64,000 nt of DNA from Piedraia hortae CBS 480.64 (Eukaryota), in the NCBI GenBank assembly GCA_010093745.1, contig MU005963.1:206217-270216 (forward strand), written 5' to 3'. Position numbers and translations under genes: made by a program. Under the pieces are notes generated by a model. It was given only the letters and a program-made list of their open reading frames with translations. It ran no database searches and had not been told where the DNA came from. Each line of letters starts with the position of its first letter. Position 1 is the first letter of the stretch. Below are positions 1 through 12,509 of the stretch, piece after piece.

Positions 1-3000
1 AGTGTTGTCACTTCCCATCCACTCTCTCATCGTGTCAAGCAACTCACTCTTCCTCCCCGTCAGGGTATAAACCTTTCCGATCAACGCGCCGGCCATATCC
101 CTACACACCTCCTCCGAGTCGCCGTTGTGGGTTAATTGTAATGACACAAAAAGCGTAAACGCCAACTTATCAATCTCCTCACCCGACAGCTTTCCCAGCA
201 GGGTATGCATAACCTCCATCACACTAATCCTCCCACTCGCGTGATTATAGCTTAGATTAGTAGTTAGAAATGCTATGCATTTCTTCCACCTCTCACTCCC
301 CATCGGGTAGTTTAGTATAAAAATCGTATACACGCTTCGCGCGCTTGCTCGGATTTCTGCATCGGGGTTGACGATCGCTACTTCGCCGACAGTGTCCATG
401 CACTCGTACACCTCGGGCGTTACGATTTTTCGGGATAACACCGTGCGGAGGAATTTGTAGACCATTCCCTGGTCGTCAGGGCTGTCGAGGGAGGTTGAGA
501 GGGTTTTAAGGATTTGGGCTAGTTTTTTGGGTGGAAGGGTGTAACTTTTTTCGCGGAGAAGGGAGGTTAGGAGTTCGAGACCCGCTCGCGCAGAGGGGGA
601 GCTCATGCTTGGTGAACCCAGGATTGTGGCTACGGCTTCGCTTGCGTAAACTGGGAGTGCGGGTTCGAGTTCGGGTAATGGTAAAAGGAGGAGGGTGGAG
701 AGGAGTTTCATGGAGGCAATTTTGACGTCCTCGTGCCCTTCGACTAAGGCGTCGCCAACTACGGGGAGGAAGGCGGACATGTTGGAGGCGGTGAGGAGGG
801 CGGGGTGCCGACGGGTTGTTTTTTGGATTAGATTTAGTGCGAAGGCGACGAGTTTGTGTTGTTGAGATGAGGTCGTTGTGGGTGTGGATTTGGCGGGCTG
901 TTTGATTAGGAAACGGCGGGCTTTGGCATCGGGTTCTTTCTGGGCGCGGGAGGAGGTTTCATTGTAGGCCCCTCGGATGATTTCGTGGGAGAAGACTAGG
1001 ATATCCCTCGTCCCGGCCACGGCGTTTTGGTCGATTCCCTTGCGCAGACGGGAAAGCACTTCATCTATCTTGTTGAGCATGCGTGAGTCTAGCTTCTCGC
1101 CGAGAAGTGCACATATCGGCTTGACGAGCAGCCACAGCTTACCAACCGGTGTAAATTTTGCCAGCAGTTCGATAGTGTTAAAACTCTTCCCAGCTTTGAC
1201 TTCTAGCTTCGCACTCTTGTACTCCTCCGCGTCTTTCTCTTGCCCAACAGTACCAAAAATGTCATCCATAACAATCGACATCAAATCTGACAGACACGGA
1301 TCCAAGTCTCCGGGCTGACACGTCTCACACAACTTCACCAGCAGCGAGTGAACCGTAAAAGACAGCACATGCAGCTGATATCCCCTCTGCAACGCCCTCT
1401 TCAGCTCCCTCACCACAAAAGTCAAATAAGCCGGTCCCAGCAGCGACAGGATCGTAGCGAGCGTCTTTCTCGCCTCATCGCGCGCCTCCTGCGCCTTACT
1501 CCGTAGAACCTGACACACATCCGTCAGCAACGGCGTCAGTCTCGTCTCCACCTCATCCTCCGGCAACAACAACATCAACTTCACAATCGAAACCGCAACC
1601 GGCATCCTCCGATCAACAGTCGACTCATCCGTGTGATGAACATACGCCAACAACGGCGGCAAAAACTCTTCCGTCACAACCCTCGAACGATCCCCCTTAG
1701 GCATAGCATCAACCAACGCCCCAATAACCCTCAACACCACTTTCTCCATTTCCATCTTCGAGATAAACCCAATATACCTCCTAAACGTTGCCCGAAAAAC
1801 CTGCCAGTTGAGCGACGCACCCAACGCCCCAATCGTAATCACACTCTGATCCGCGAGCGTCCGTCCGCTATCCCCCTCCGCGGGATCAAACACAAAATTC
1901 TCAACCAGCGGCAGCCAAAATTTTGCCACATTACCCGAACTTATCTTTTCCGCGGCGTCAGCCAGTCTCCTCAACGCCCGCAACCTCCGGTGCGTCTGAA
2001 TGTGCAGAATATTCGTAAAAACCGAAGCTTCGTCATCGTTCTCAACCGTTAGGGGGAGCATATCCTTTATCGCACCCCAATCCGAAAACCTCCACACAAC
2101 TCTTCCAAGAAGCTGGACGTGCTCGTTGCGCACAACCTCTGATTGGGCGGACACCCCCCGCGCAATACTAGGCATGATCGTCTCAGCAACAAAGTCCCTG
2201 TACCCCTCCCCCTCAGCTTCAAGGAAGTGGGAGAGGGCTAAGGCGGCTTCCTGTCTCGTCATCGCCTCCTCCGTATCTCGCAGGAAAAAAAGCAGATTAT
2301 GCACAATCGGTTTCCACTGTATTAGGGTGAAACCCCTCCATTCGCGACTAATCCGCGCGAAGCCGCGCTCGTTGAGCTGGAAATTGGGGGTGTTGAGTTT
2401 CGTCCCGTCCTGGGCGTTGAGGTCAAGACAGATTTCCACGCTGATTTGCATGGTATTGTTATTCCGGAATAAAGTAGCGAGGACTTGGGAAAGTAGAGCC
2501 CGACTTTCAAGTGATGAGAGGCGCGAGAAGAGGCCGCAGATGGACTCAAATAACGAGCCGCAGGCGTTTTGGATTCCTTCGAGCTCCAGCAGGGGTAGGA
2601 GCGTGCGGAGGATGTCTGCTTTCGCGGACGGGGAGACCTCGCGGCTTGGTTTGATAAGAAGGCTGGTGCAGATTTGCAGGACGCTGATCGCTTCGTTTAC
2701 GTCTTGGATTTGGGCGGCGAGGAGAGGGAAGGAGTGCACGCTTGCGTTCAGGACGTCTTTTGCGGGCTCACACTTGAGTAGGAAGCTGATGCTGGCTGCG
2801 AAGTCGGAGATGTGGGAGTTGAGAGTTTCCGGGGCGTTGTGTAGGAGAGGGTCGAGGAGGTTTTGGAGGATGAAAACTCGGACGTCGTCCTTTGCGCTGG
2901 GTTCGCAGAGGAGGTCTGCTATCGCAGAGAGGATATCTGGGTTGAGGTAGCTTGCGGAAGGAGATGAAGATGTCCAGGCTGCGAAGAGGCGAAGGATGCC

Positions 3001-6000
3001 GGAGATGGAGTGGGCGTTTTCTGCTGCAAATTTGGGGAGACGGGGTTTGATCAGCTCTTGTGTGATCAAAGCTGCTTCATCTGGGAAGGACGCTTCCATG
3101 GAACCATAGATGCGGAATAGGCACTGGAAGCCAGTTTGACGGATGGAGCGGAGTAACGAGGCGTCTGTTGGGAAATTTGTGTTGAGTTCATGCTCTGCGT
3201 TGACGATACAGGGGAGTATCGCATGTAGCATTTTCGGAGCACAAGACTCCAGTTTCGAGCCCATGACGCCAAGCAAGTCGCTAAACATGTTCAACATGCC
3301 AAGCTGTTTCCGTAAGGTGCCCATACCCTGGTCCGGGATGGCAATGTTAATGAACTTCTCCAAAACACCTTCATCAAACCGTGACAGAGCCATGAAAATC
3401 GCTCTCCGATCCGCGCCATGCCCGTGCTTGCTACCAGCCACTGCCCTGCCATACAACAAAGGCAGCAGAATTGGCATCAACTTTGCCTGATCCTCCGCAC
3501 GAATCCCATCATCTCCCTCCGACGAACCAACCAGAAAAACCGAAATCTCCTCCCTAAACTTCGCACCATCCAGCAGATTCACCATATGCTCCTGGTACGG
3601 AGCGACACCTGCATCCTTCCACGACAAAATAGCCTGTAAAGCCGAACGCTGAATCTCCACATCTCCATTCGCACACAACTTCAACAGAGCCCGGTACACC
3701 TCATTCGCCTTGAACAGCGTCCTGGGATTAGTGAATTTCGCAAAAATAGCAAGCATGGCTTTCTGATCCTTCCGTGACCATCGCTCTTCTTCAGACTCCG
3801 CGTCCTCGATACTCGCCCACCTTAACAGAACCGGTACCAGCACCCTCGACCGCTTCTCCGCAATATGCGGAATCCTGCTCAGAACTCTCAACGCCTGACC
3901 GCGGGACGCGGGTGTGATAACCGGTGCCGCTACCACAGAATCCTCAATCATCTCTTCAGAAGAAGGATATCCACCCCTCGGTTCCCCAAACACCTGCTCC
4001 CTCATCGCAGAAACCTTGGCGAGGTTAGGACACTCAAAATCCGACGTGACCTGGAATCCCTTTGCATCCATCCCAATGACCGGCATCCTAGAACTCCTCT
4101 CCTCAACCCCAGGAGTCCCCTCAAGCCACGTCTGCACAAGCTTCATAACCTCCTCCTCTCCTTCTTTAGATCTACAAATCTCGCTCAAAGAAGCGCAGGA
4201 GTCCTCCCACGCGGACGAAAGCTGGAGATGCAGGAGCCCGAAACAATACGCTGGAATAGCACGCTTCATCACTTCATCGAGTTCTAATGTATAGCTAGGT
4301 CCAAGGTTGCGGATATGCATCGAAATCAGCCGACTAGACTCCATACTAATCGGAATTCCCTCGATAGTATGCGCAGTGGTCAAGATCTCCGGTCGATGAG
4401 CGTATAGATGCATCAAAATCGCCAGACCTGCTTTTCGGATTTCATGTGAAGGCATCGCCAGCGCTTTGACGATCGCGTTGTGCAGCAAGTCAACATTCAT
4501 CCGCTCTTCCGGCCTGTAGTATTCCACATAACGTTCCAGGTTCCTCCAAAACGCAGGCAGGGCAATGTAGCGTTCGCTGATAGCGCAAAGCTGTGGCCAG
4601 AGGGATTTCAGGTCCAGAGCTTTCCAATCTTGTGCAAACCAGCTGATGAAACCGGAAATATCTAGTAGTCGATCGAGGCAGAAGCAGAGTGCGAAACGCA
4701 CAAACTCGTCATCTTGAGACGATCTGAGAGCCCGCTCCACTGCAGCCAAGACGCAGGTCTGGAGCTCGAGTTTGGTTTTACTGCTGAATGTGGAGAAATA
4801 GCGAATTAGATAGAGGGCGGGGACTGAATCCGCGAGGGGGGTGGATGTATCGCCGTTTTGCAGCGCTTTGAGACGATGAAGTAGTTCAGCTTGCAGAGGC
4901 TCACGATGGTGGAAGCAGCCTTGTCCGATTCTAAGACGCGGGAGATAAGTGCCCAGCTCCTCTATGGTGGGATGGTCGCGCACATATGACATTAAAAGCG
5001 GACAAAAGATTCCTATATATCTCTCCGGGAGTAATCGCGTGACCATGTCGCTGAAGCGTAAAAAGTAGGGACTCCACCGGTCTTCCATGAGGATTTCCAC
5101 GGAATCAAGATTGTCAATGACTACGCCTGTGGACGTGGTTGTGAGGATAGTCGCTAGAGCGCTGAGCTGTGCACTTGCCAGTTCCGGGTCAACTTTGGGC
5201 GAGTTTTTCATGAGAGAAATGATCAGATCAACGGCTGTTTTCCAGTCGCTGATCCTTGAGCCTTTGCGGACTGCAGCCATGGTGAAAAGAAGATTAGCAG
5301 CAAAGGTAAATGTCTTTTGCCCGGCACTTTCCTTGCTGTCTTGACGGACCAGGTGGTTTATAAAGTCTTTCACGACCTCAAAGATTGGCTGGAATGTCTC
5401 GATAGTGGTGTGATGAATCAAACTCGTCAGCGTGCCGATCACGATGCCTTGTGCTGTGTGGCTTCCGTTCTCAATTTCAGCTTTGCTTGCTTTGAGTAGA
5501 CAATTCACCGTCGCAACACCGCTCCTCTGATCGATGCTGCTCTGTACCCCCTTGATAGTCTCCACCAGCAACGTCATGATTCCCTGAGAATGTAAATTCA
5601 CCAGATACGCCGTTTTGCGCTCTGAAGAGGCGTCTTTCCCGCCGGGAATCATCTCGCTGCTCTTCTTAAAAATATGGGATATGATACTGTCAAGAGGCTG
5701 AGGATCGCGGTCATAGCGAGCAGCAGCTTTGCGGAAGAGAAACGCCATCGATTCGGCAGCGAAACGCACAATAAACGGCCTTTGCATCTGCATGCCCAGA
5801 TACGGAGACATGATATCGTATAAAGGCACGAGATCCGGAACAAGTAACCTCGACAGATACTTGAACAGCCAAGCAAGGCAAGTGAAGCTCCATTCGAGAA
5901 CAGCAGGGTCGTGGTGTTTGGCGGCCACCTGCGCTACTGTCTGAACAGCTTCTTTGTAGTATTTCTGGTGGAATCGAGCGTTCAAGTCGTGTGCAAAATG

Positions 6001-6387
6001 TGCCATTAGACTGAGAAGAGGCTCCATGGCTAGCTCATCCCCTTGACTGATGTATTCCATCAGCAGTTTCATGATTTCGTCTTCGTGGTGGACAATGGCC
6101 GGCAGACTCTTGCAGAGAGGCGCGACTCGCTTCGCAAAGGTTGTAAAAGTCTCAGAGAGGTTGGTATCCCGCCATTCTTCTAACGATCGTTCAAAGTAGG
6201 ATCCCATGTTCCCCTCTGGCTCTCCATGGTCGCGAACATTGCGTGCCCGCCGCAGAGGGTCGATTTTTACGCCTGCAATGTGATCGGAGAATGGCTTGAA
6301 ACGATGGTTCTTGGTAGTCTTGGTTGCATTGCGTGTGCGACTGCTCTTGGAAGGTTTTACGATGACCTTTTTGCTTCGGCCCTTCAT
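1..6387 (-). CDS. UTP20: U3 snoRNP / SSU processome HEAT-repeat protein Utp20 (3' end runs off the window)
   Basis: ATG at 6387 reads MKGRSKKVIVKP...TKNHRFKPFSDHIAGVKIDPLRRAR (Utp20-like N-terminus). The same frame at 360-181 reads ...LNYPMGSERWKKCIAFLTTNLSYNHASGRISVMEVMH (Utp20-like). Absent from the ORF track, consistent with no stop before the window edge. Confidence 0.9.
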   Translation of the reverse strand, partial: MKGRSKKVIVKPSKSSRTRNATKTTKNHRFKPFSDHIAGVKIDPLRRARNVRDHGEPEGNMGSYFERSLEEWRDTNLSETFTTFAKRVAPLCKSLPAIVHHEDEIMKLLMEYISQGDELAMEPLLSLMAHFAHDLNARFHQKYYKEAVQTVAQVAAKHHDPAVLEWSFTCLAWLFKYLSRLLVPDLVPLYDIMSPYLGMQMQRPFIVRFAAESMAFLFRKAAARYDRDPQPLDSIISHIFKKSSEMIPGGKDASSERKTAYLVNLHSQGIMTLLVETIKGVQSSIDQRSGVATVNCLLKASKAEIENGSHTAQGIVIGTLTSLIHHTTIETFQPIFEVVKDFINHLVRQDSKESAGQKTFTFAANLLFTMAAVRKGSRISDWKTAVDLIISLMKNSPKVDPELASAQLSALATILTTTSTGVVIDNLDSVEILMEDRWSPYFLRFSDMVTRLLPERYIGIFCPLLMSYVRDHPTIEELGTYLPRLRIGQGCFHHREPLQAELLHRLKALQNGDTSTPLADSVPALYLIRYFSTFSSKTKLELQTCVLAAVERALRSSQDDEFVRFALCFCLDRLLDISGFISWFAQDWKALDLKSLWPQLCAISERYIALPAFWRNLERYVEYYRPEERMNVDLLHNAIVKALAMPSHEIRKAGLAILMHLYAHRPEILTTAHTIEGIPISMESSRLISMHIRNLGPSYTLELDEVMKRAIPAYCFGLLHLQLSSAWEDSCASLSEICRSKEGEEEVMKLVQTWLEGTPGVEERSSRMPVIGMDAKGFQVTSDFECPNLAKVSAMREQVFGEPRGGYPSSEEMIEDSVVAAPVITPASRGQALRVLSRIPHIAEKRSRVLVPVLLRWASIEDAESEEERWSRKDQKAMLAIFAKFTNPRTLFKANEVYRALLKLCANGDVEIQRSALQAILSWKDAGVAPYQEHMVNLLDGAKFREEISVFLVGSSEGDDGIRAEDQAKLMPILLPLLYGRAVAGSKHGHGADRRAIFMALSRFDEGVLEKFINIAIPDQGMGTLRKQLGMLNMFSDLLGVMGSKLESCAPKMLHAILPCIVNAEHELNTNFPTDASLLRSIRQTGFQCLFRIYGSMEASFPDEAALITQELIKPRLPKFAAENAHSISGILRLFAAWTSSSPSASYLNPDILSAIADLLCEPSAKDDVRVFILQNLLDPLLHNAPETLNSHISDFAASISFLLKCEPAKDVLNASVHSFPLLAAQIQDVNEAISVLQICTSLLIKPSREVSPSAKADILRTLLPLLELEGIQNACGSLFESICGLFSRLSSLESRALLSQVLATLFRNNNTMQISVEICLDLNAQDGTKLNTPNFQLNERGFARISREWRGFTLIQWKPIVHNLLFFLRDTEEAMTRQEAALALSHFLEAEGEGYRDFVAETIMPSIARGVSAQSEVVRNEHVQLLGRVVWRFSDWGAIKDMLPLTVENDDEASVFTNILHIQTHRRLRALRRLADAAEKISSGNVAKFWLPLVENFVFDPAEGDSGRTLADQSVITIGALGASLNWQVFRATFRRYIGFISKMEMEKVVLRVIGALVDAMPKGDRSRVVTEEFLPPLLAYVHHTDESTVDRRMPVAVSIVKLMLLLPEDEVETRLTPLLTDVCQVLRSKAQEARDEARKTLATILSLLGPAYLTFVVRELKRALQRGYQLHVLSFTVHSLLVKLCETCQPGDLDPCLSDLMSIVMDDIFGTVGQEKDAEEYKSAKLEVKAGKSFNTIELLAKFTPVGKLWLLVKPICALLGEKLDSRMLNKIDEVLSRLRKGIDQNAVAGTRDILVFSHEIIRGAYNETSSRAQKEPDAKARRFLIKQPAKSTPTTTSSQQHKLVAFALNLIQKTTRRHPALLTASNMSAFLPVVGDALVEGHEDVKIASMKLLSTLLLLPLPELEPALPVYASEAVATILGSPSMSSPSARAGLELLTSLLREKSYTLPPKKLAQILKTLSTSLDSPDDQGMVYKFLRTVLSRKIVTPEVYECMDTVGEVAIVNPDAEIRASARSVYTIFILNYPMGSERWKKCIAFLTTNLSYNHASGRISVMEVMHTLLGKLSGEEIDKLAFTLFVSLQLTHNGDSEEVCRDMAGALIGKVYTLTGRKSELLDTMREWMGSDNT

Positions 6388-6695
6388 TACTGTGCGCTGC
6401 CCAAAAATTATGGGAGGATTTTGGAGATGCGGGGACGTTATACGGGACGGCCCGTACCGATAATGTCTCAGACTTCGACGTCGGAGCGGTGACATCACAT
6501 AATTTCACACGCTGAATGCACAAGGCAAATAAAACAAGACAGAATCTATTGGACATCATAATCTCGTAGCCGTTCAATACATAGCTTCGTCAATCCAAAC
6601 ATTATGAATTAACGCTGCACAAAAGCAATCGCTATCGTGCCTCTGAGCCCGTCAACTCATCAGTCCTCGTGAGCCATAAGTCGTCAAAATACAAG

Positions 6696-8593
6696 TCATG
6701 GGCGCACCCCAGCCACAACGGGCATCGGTCGTACGCCTTGATCAGTTCGCTGTCGTTTGATTCCCACATCGCCACGGTAGTGGTCGACGTGGTTGGTGTG
6801 GTGATTAGTGCGCTGCCTTCCATCATTATCATCCTCATCTTCATTCTCGTCATCTCCGTCGTCTTCGCGGGCGCGCTTGAGACCCGTACCATTCATAGAT
6901 GAGTAGCCTGCTGCGCCATAGACACTGCCTGACACAGAGTATGCATCGGCAGACGGCTGCGTCGAGCGATCGCTGCTCACGACAAAGTTGAGGTTGCTAG
7001 TAGCCAACTGCGCCGGGCGAGACGACGGCTGGTAGCTGGGGTAGGCAGAAGTCGACGTCGTGCGAGGTGTTGCACGGCCCGATCCGGCCAGGTGGGGGGA
7101 GTGCGCCATGCCGGGGGAGATGTGGGACGAGTCCGAATGCATCGACCCTGGAGCCGGGTTAGGCTGGTGAGTCTCAAGGGGACGGGCAGAGTGGGACACA
7201 CTGATGTGGGTGTATTCGCCCTCGTTTTCATTCTCAGCTTCGGTGGTCGCGAAGCTGTCATTGTGCTGTTTGCCATCCGCTGCCGAAGAATCAGCCTCAG
7301 CCACGCCAGCACGGGCAGGCGGTCCCATTTCCGACTTCAACCCGGGCGCAGGCTGCAGAGCCGGATAGCGTCCGGGAAAGGAGTTGCTGGCGTAGTGGTT
7401 AGCGTAGGCAGAACCGTAGGACGAGCGCGGTTCATAAGCCTGGCTGGTCGGGTAGGATAGAGCAGTGGCCGAGTGGCTTGGAGGTGTTGTAGCTGGGGAA
7501 GAGAGCACGGTACGCTGGCCGCCAACATGTTCGAGCCCAGATCCGGGGTGACTTCCACCTGCACCGGCGTTTCCATTGGCATAGTCGTAGGATGACCCAG
7601 ATGCGCCCATGCTCACGTTCAGGCCCGTTGCGCTTTGCGGGGGCGTTGGGAAAGTGTGCGCACGATCCATCAACGGTCGGCCAGAACCCGCAAGATTGGC
7701 CATTGCGCTGGACGAAGCCGGGGTGGAAACCGGCGGGGGAATCGACTGGGGAATCGACTGCGACATCGAGTGGTGATGGGTGAGAGCAGGCGGATGGGTG
7801 CCCTGGGGCGTCCGCATATAATCAGGCTGATCTGGACGGCGGCTTGTAACCATGCCAGTACCGCCTACACTTTGCCGATTCTGGTTGGAGGGATGGTATA
7901 GCAACGCATTGATGTTGTGCACAAAGAGCGGGTAAAGCAACTCGGTGATTTTCTCCTTGTTGGCGAATTCGAGGGCGCGCTCAAACGGAATCCTGCATTT
8001 GTCAGTGGATGAGACAGCTTGGCTGCGAGAAGATCGACATACCACACGCCCTTGAGATGCATGGGGCCAATCTTCACCACATGGCGCGTCTTCTCGCTCT
8101 TGAGGATACCGTCACGACGTCCGCGGGTCATGCCAGCAACGTTGAGCAACTTGGTACCATTAATCATGTGGTTGTCTTCGCGGCGAGCAACGCAAACGCC
8201 ATTGGCTTCAACTTGAAAGCACAAGCTGCCCTCGTCCTCCCACAGAGTGGCAGTAACACGCGGTTTCATTCCCGGCGGAGCAACTTGGCCGGTGATGTCG
8301 GGAACGTGGTGGTTCATGGCATGTCCCGTCGAAGGAGCACCGGCACCGTGAGGCATGGCCGACAGCGGAATCATAGCAGTCGACATGGACGAGGTCACCG
8401 GCTGCGGACCCGAGGGAAGCGGAGCCATGTTTTGAGCAGGATGTCCAAAGTGATAGCCGTAGTGCGGCGTAGCATAGGGATGCGTGTGATGAATCTGCGG
8501 CTGATGGGTTGGGTGCGCATATGCGGCATAGCCCGTGGGGCCCGTGTGAGGTGGATGAGACACGCCGGCATCCATGTAGGGCGGCGGATTCAT
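6696..8593 (-). CDS. stuA: APSES transcription factor StuA; exons 8593-8043 and 7992-6696
   Basis: APSES domain [57 protein letters not shown]...[30 protein letters not shown], joined by a 50-nt intron 8042-7993 (GTATGT...CTGAC...CAG). Confidence 0.95.
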
Positions 8594-11460
8594 GGCTCCG
8601 TAAGCCAGGGCGGAGCTGAAGGCGGGCGGCTGCTGGAAGTGCAGCTGGTCGGGGGACGGAGTGAGCGCGGTTGAGGGCTTGTGGACGCCGTCAACTGAAG
8701 ACTGGTACGACGTCTGCGAATCGTACGACTGGTTCGCAATCGACGCTCCGCTAAACGAGCCTGCCCGGGAGGAAGCAACCGAAGAAGAACTAGGCGGATG
8801 GTGGAGATCAAGGTGGTAGCGGTGCGAGTCGCTTCCTCGAGCTTGGAGCTGAGAAAAGGGTGGGAGCGCCAGGATTTCGGTTGCGGCAGAGCCGTTGGAG
8901 AGACGTTGTTGCCGATATTGCTGTTGATGGAATTGCTTAGAAGAATGCCCAAAATATCGACGCGAAACAACAGCAACAACAGTCGTAAATCGTTACAAAT
9001 CGTGACGGTCGTGAGCTCCGTGGTGGTACTGAGTGAACGTCAGACCACGTATGGGAAAAAGACTAACGTGGAGGAGATGCAGGCGCGAGGGGAGGAGCAG
9101 CGGAGGGTCTAAGAAATGCAAAGACGGTTTTAGGGTTGCGACGGTGGAAGAGGGGGAGGGGCTGCGTGGTGTGCGTGGTGGTTGCAGATAAGGTGCTGCA
9201 GGAGGCTGGGCGGTTGGGCGCTGGGCGATTTGATGTGGCAGAGCGAGGGGGGGAGGACAAGGAAAAAACGTGAGGAAATTATTACCTTGTACCGCGGTAT
9301 CGGGCACAGCCAGCGGAAGATTTGTTTTGGGCGGGCCTCTGGTGTCGGTGGCGGGGTGGCGGGTTCAACGGTAAAGAGAGACGTTGACGGTATGGGGGGG
9401 GGGCGTTGACGACGCTGATATACGTGGTACTTGGTCTGGGACCTCGCTATGAAAAGAACGAGCCGTCTTGATATCTTCATATGGCCCCTCAGTAATCTTG
9501 TCGGCGAGAAAAAGATACCATTGACCAGCCCATGAGACTGCTGACCCTGTCCTGCACGAACAGGGATATGCCTGCGACGCAGGTGGGGGATCCTCGCAGC
9601 GTCCCGCATATACGCGTGGACTTGCCCACCACTGGAATGTGGGCGTGTCAACAACAACCGCAATTTAAACACCCCAGCACGAGAGCCAGTGTTCTCTCTC
9701 CCCATGGCGTTTCCCCGATTCCAATCACTACCATCCACCAGCTTGTCCATCCCCGTTTGAACTCCACCTGACAGCAAAAAGAAAGGTGTGTCCCCGGCCC
9801 GTCACGCACGCACGGACTGTCGTGCATCCCGTCATCAATCGGGACAATCAACGGCCTGCGGGCCGGCGGGCCCCCGCTGCCCAACCGATGCCAAGTAATC
9901 ACGTGAATTTCCCACCCATCGGGACCCGCCCGGGTTTCCTCCAGCCACGGTCGCACGCGGCTTACGGCCCACGGGCCCCCGTGCGTCAGCAACGCCTTTG
10001 CCAGAACGCCTCGCTCCACGCGCCTTCGCCGCTAGAGTGTGCCTCCCGCATCGGGTAGTTGCACCTTGCCGCGGCCCCGCGCCCCCTCTTTTGCCCACAA
10101 TCCTTCACCGCTACTTCTTAATCGGGCTTAGTTAGCTCTCGTCTCACCGCCCGCACCCGCCCTCCTCCTCTGTTTGTGGCCGCCTCACAATAGCATTGTA
10201 TTTTTACCGCCACTGCACTCCCGCTGCGATCCGCCGCCGCATGTACGGCCGGTGCAACGCCTGCGCGCCATGCCAGGAACTTTTTTCTCCGGTGTCTCGC
10301 GAACGTGAATTGCTTCTTTTCTTCTTTACCATCTTTCTTTCTGCCTTGCCCCTCGTTTGTGGTAATTGTACTTTCCCCGTAGCTTGTGCTACTAGCCGCG
10401 TCCCTAGTGCGGGGCCAGGCTGCGAGGGACCCAGGCGCCAAGAGTCACGAAAAGCAACGCCCTTGTTGACCGTCGCACCATTTGCGCCCCATGCACGTGA
10501 TGATCTCGTTGGGAGCATTGCCCCTCCGCCCCCCTCTCCCGCCGCTGGTTCATCATCCTTGCTTTTGATCGCGGGCAATGTTCGGTGATCTTAACATCTT
10601 ATTAGCATGGGGGGAGGTTCATGGGCAGTGCAATTCAGTCACTGATGTTCGTGTTGCCAAAAACTCCCATCTATTTTTGTCAGAACTGTCCTTCTATTTC
10701 AGTCTGAGCGTAGTCATGTTAGACGCATGTCAATTTGATGACGGCAGGTCAGACTGCGTCGGTTCTCAACAAATTTGCCCTCTGACCGGGGGTGAATCCT
10801 TTGGATTACGTAAATCCCAACGAGCCCAAATGGGACATTGAAGCTGCAAGAAGTCTGCCGGCTAGCTTCGGCAAATTTCTTGGTTGGCAGGAAGTCTTTT
10901 GAAACTAGCCAGCCAGTTTTATGCCGGAAGGATCAAAGTCCAGACGGTGAACAACTCCCATACTTCGGACCGATTATCACTCGAAGGCGCAAAAACATGA
11001 CATGCTCTACCGTTTTAGTCAACGTTTACCGCTACTGCTATCACTGCTGTTTTGCATACAATACGTCCGCAACGGGCGATGCAGCATCAGCCGTTGCGGA
11101 CGTATCGCATCACTGATGCATTCTGAACCGAACCATACTTGGCCATGATTCATAAGTGTCGTTGACGGGATCTTCCTATGCAAAACACGCCAACGAGTTT
11201 GCGCAGGGAGAAAGGGTTCGCGTGGCTCGTAGATCTCTTACTGGCCTTGCAGCAGCATGTCTCATCTATGGTGTTTGTGGGGGGGGGGGATCTCCATGAA
11301 CTTCTGATCTGTAACCTCGGACGCCCATGTAGCAAAACCGCCGCAAAATCCCCGCAAAACCCCCTAACATGACTTGCATGAAGAATGCATCTCATCTCGC
11401 ATGCGTCTGGCTTGGGCGGGAAAAGGTAGGAGCAACTTTGTCCAACCACTAGCAGCAGCA

Positions 11461-11527
11461 ACAGAATCGTCCATCAAACAGAATCGCCCATCAAACAGAA
11501 TCGCCCATCAAACAGAATCGCCCATCA
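11461..11527 (+). repeat. Minisatellite, ~4 x 17 bp (ACAGAATCGCCCATCAA)
   Basis: Near-identical tandem copies start at 11461, 11478, 11495 and 11512. Confidence 0.9.
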
Positions 11528-11564
11528 TTCCAATCCATTCCATCCGGGTTCCTGCATGGTAAAT

Positions 11565-11730
11565 TCCATACACGCACGCGCGCGCACGCGTACATTCACC
11601 ATGTACACCGCGAGCGATGGTGGAAATGTAGGTGACACTGCCTGTACATGTAGGTGACTGCACACATGGGCAGATTACAGGTAACGCGTACAGGTACACA
11701 CACATACGCGTGTACGGTTCACGTACGTGG
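11565..11730. promoter_or_regulatory. Cluster of three MCB-like ACGCGT elements in an alternating purine/pyrimidine-rich tract upstream of stuA
   Basis: ACGCGT at 11586, 11684 and 11706. APSES proteins (StuA, Mbp1) bind CGCG-core elements. Function is inferred. Confidence 0.4.
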
Positions 11731-12509
11731 ATCAACAATCCTCAAACCTGGTTCTCGATTGTTTTACGTACGGCGGTTCTTCTGCAGTAGCTGGAAAGTG
11801 TCACAAAAAGGAAGCATGGGCTGCAGTGGAGATTGTAGAGGCTTGCGCCACTGAAGAGTGTAAAATGCCTCAGGGTGACAAGATGGCCCTGCGACGTTCT
11901 AGAACGGTAGTGGATCATACGAAAGTGCCCGTTCGGTAAGCGCTCAAATAATGGCCACTGTGAAGGCCGGCCTATGGGTCTGCGAGGAAATTGCTATTGC
12001 CTTACGGCTCTTTCGAGAGCCATAGAGTTGGCCGCGACCGAGCATCATGATATCGGCATGAGTATTTCTAAGTCGCGTTCCAATCAAGGCCTGGTGTTTG
12101 TCAAGGGCACGGCCAGACGCAACGATACGAGAATCACGTCTTCGTCGATTCGTGTTCAGCCTTCCGTTGTGATCAGAAGTATTCTAGTTTCCCTACCAAA
12201 AGGAACTGCATGTTCTTAACTAGAAGCACTCATGTCCGTGATATTGATGTACAAGTGGAATGGAACACAAAAGAATTCTCTTCCAAAGTTGACCAGATGC
12301 AGGGCAAAACTCCCACTTTATCGCAGAATCACGAACCCAAAATGGCGTAAGACATTCACCCCAGTTTAACCCCACCATCGACAGTGGGTCTCGTGTAACA
12401 CCTATGTATGTCCATGAAGAATCTTCACCACAGTGATAGACCAAAAAGCCTCCAGTCTGATCGCCAAATTCAAGAGAACATTCCAGAAAAAAACGTTACG
12501 AATGAGCAT

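Noticed and set aside
241..300. Apparent intron in UTP20 (AT-rich, CTAAC-like)
   Set aside because: The frame reads through as Utp20-like GSERWKKCIAFLTTNLSYNH.
2000..2950. Long plus-strand ORFs over UTP20, and similar antisense ORFs over stuA, the DDHD gene, MPE1 and MSH2
   Set aside because: They are antisense shadows of real genes with no recognisable motifs.
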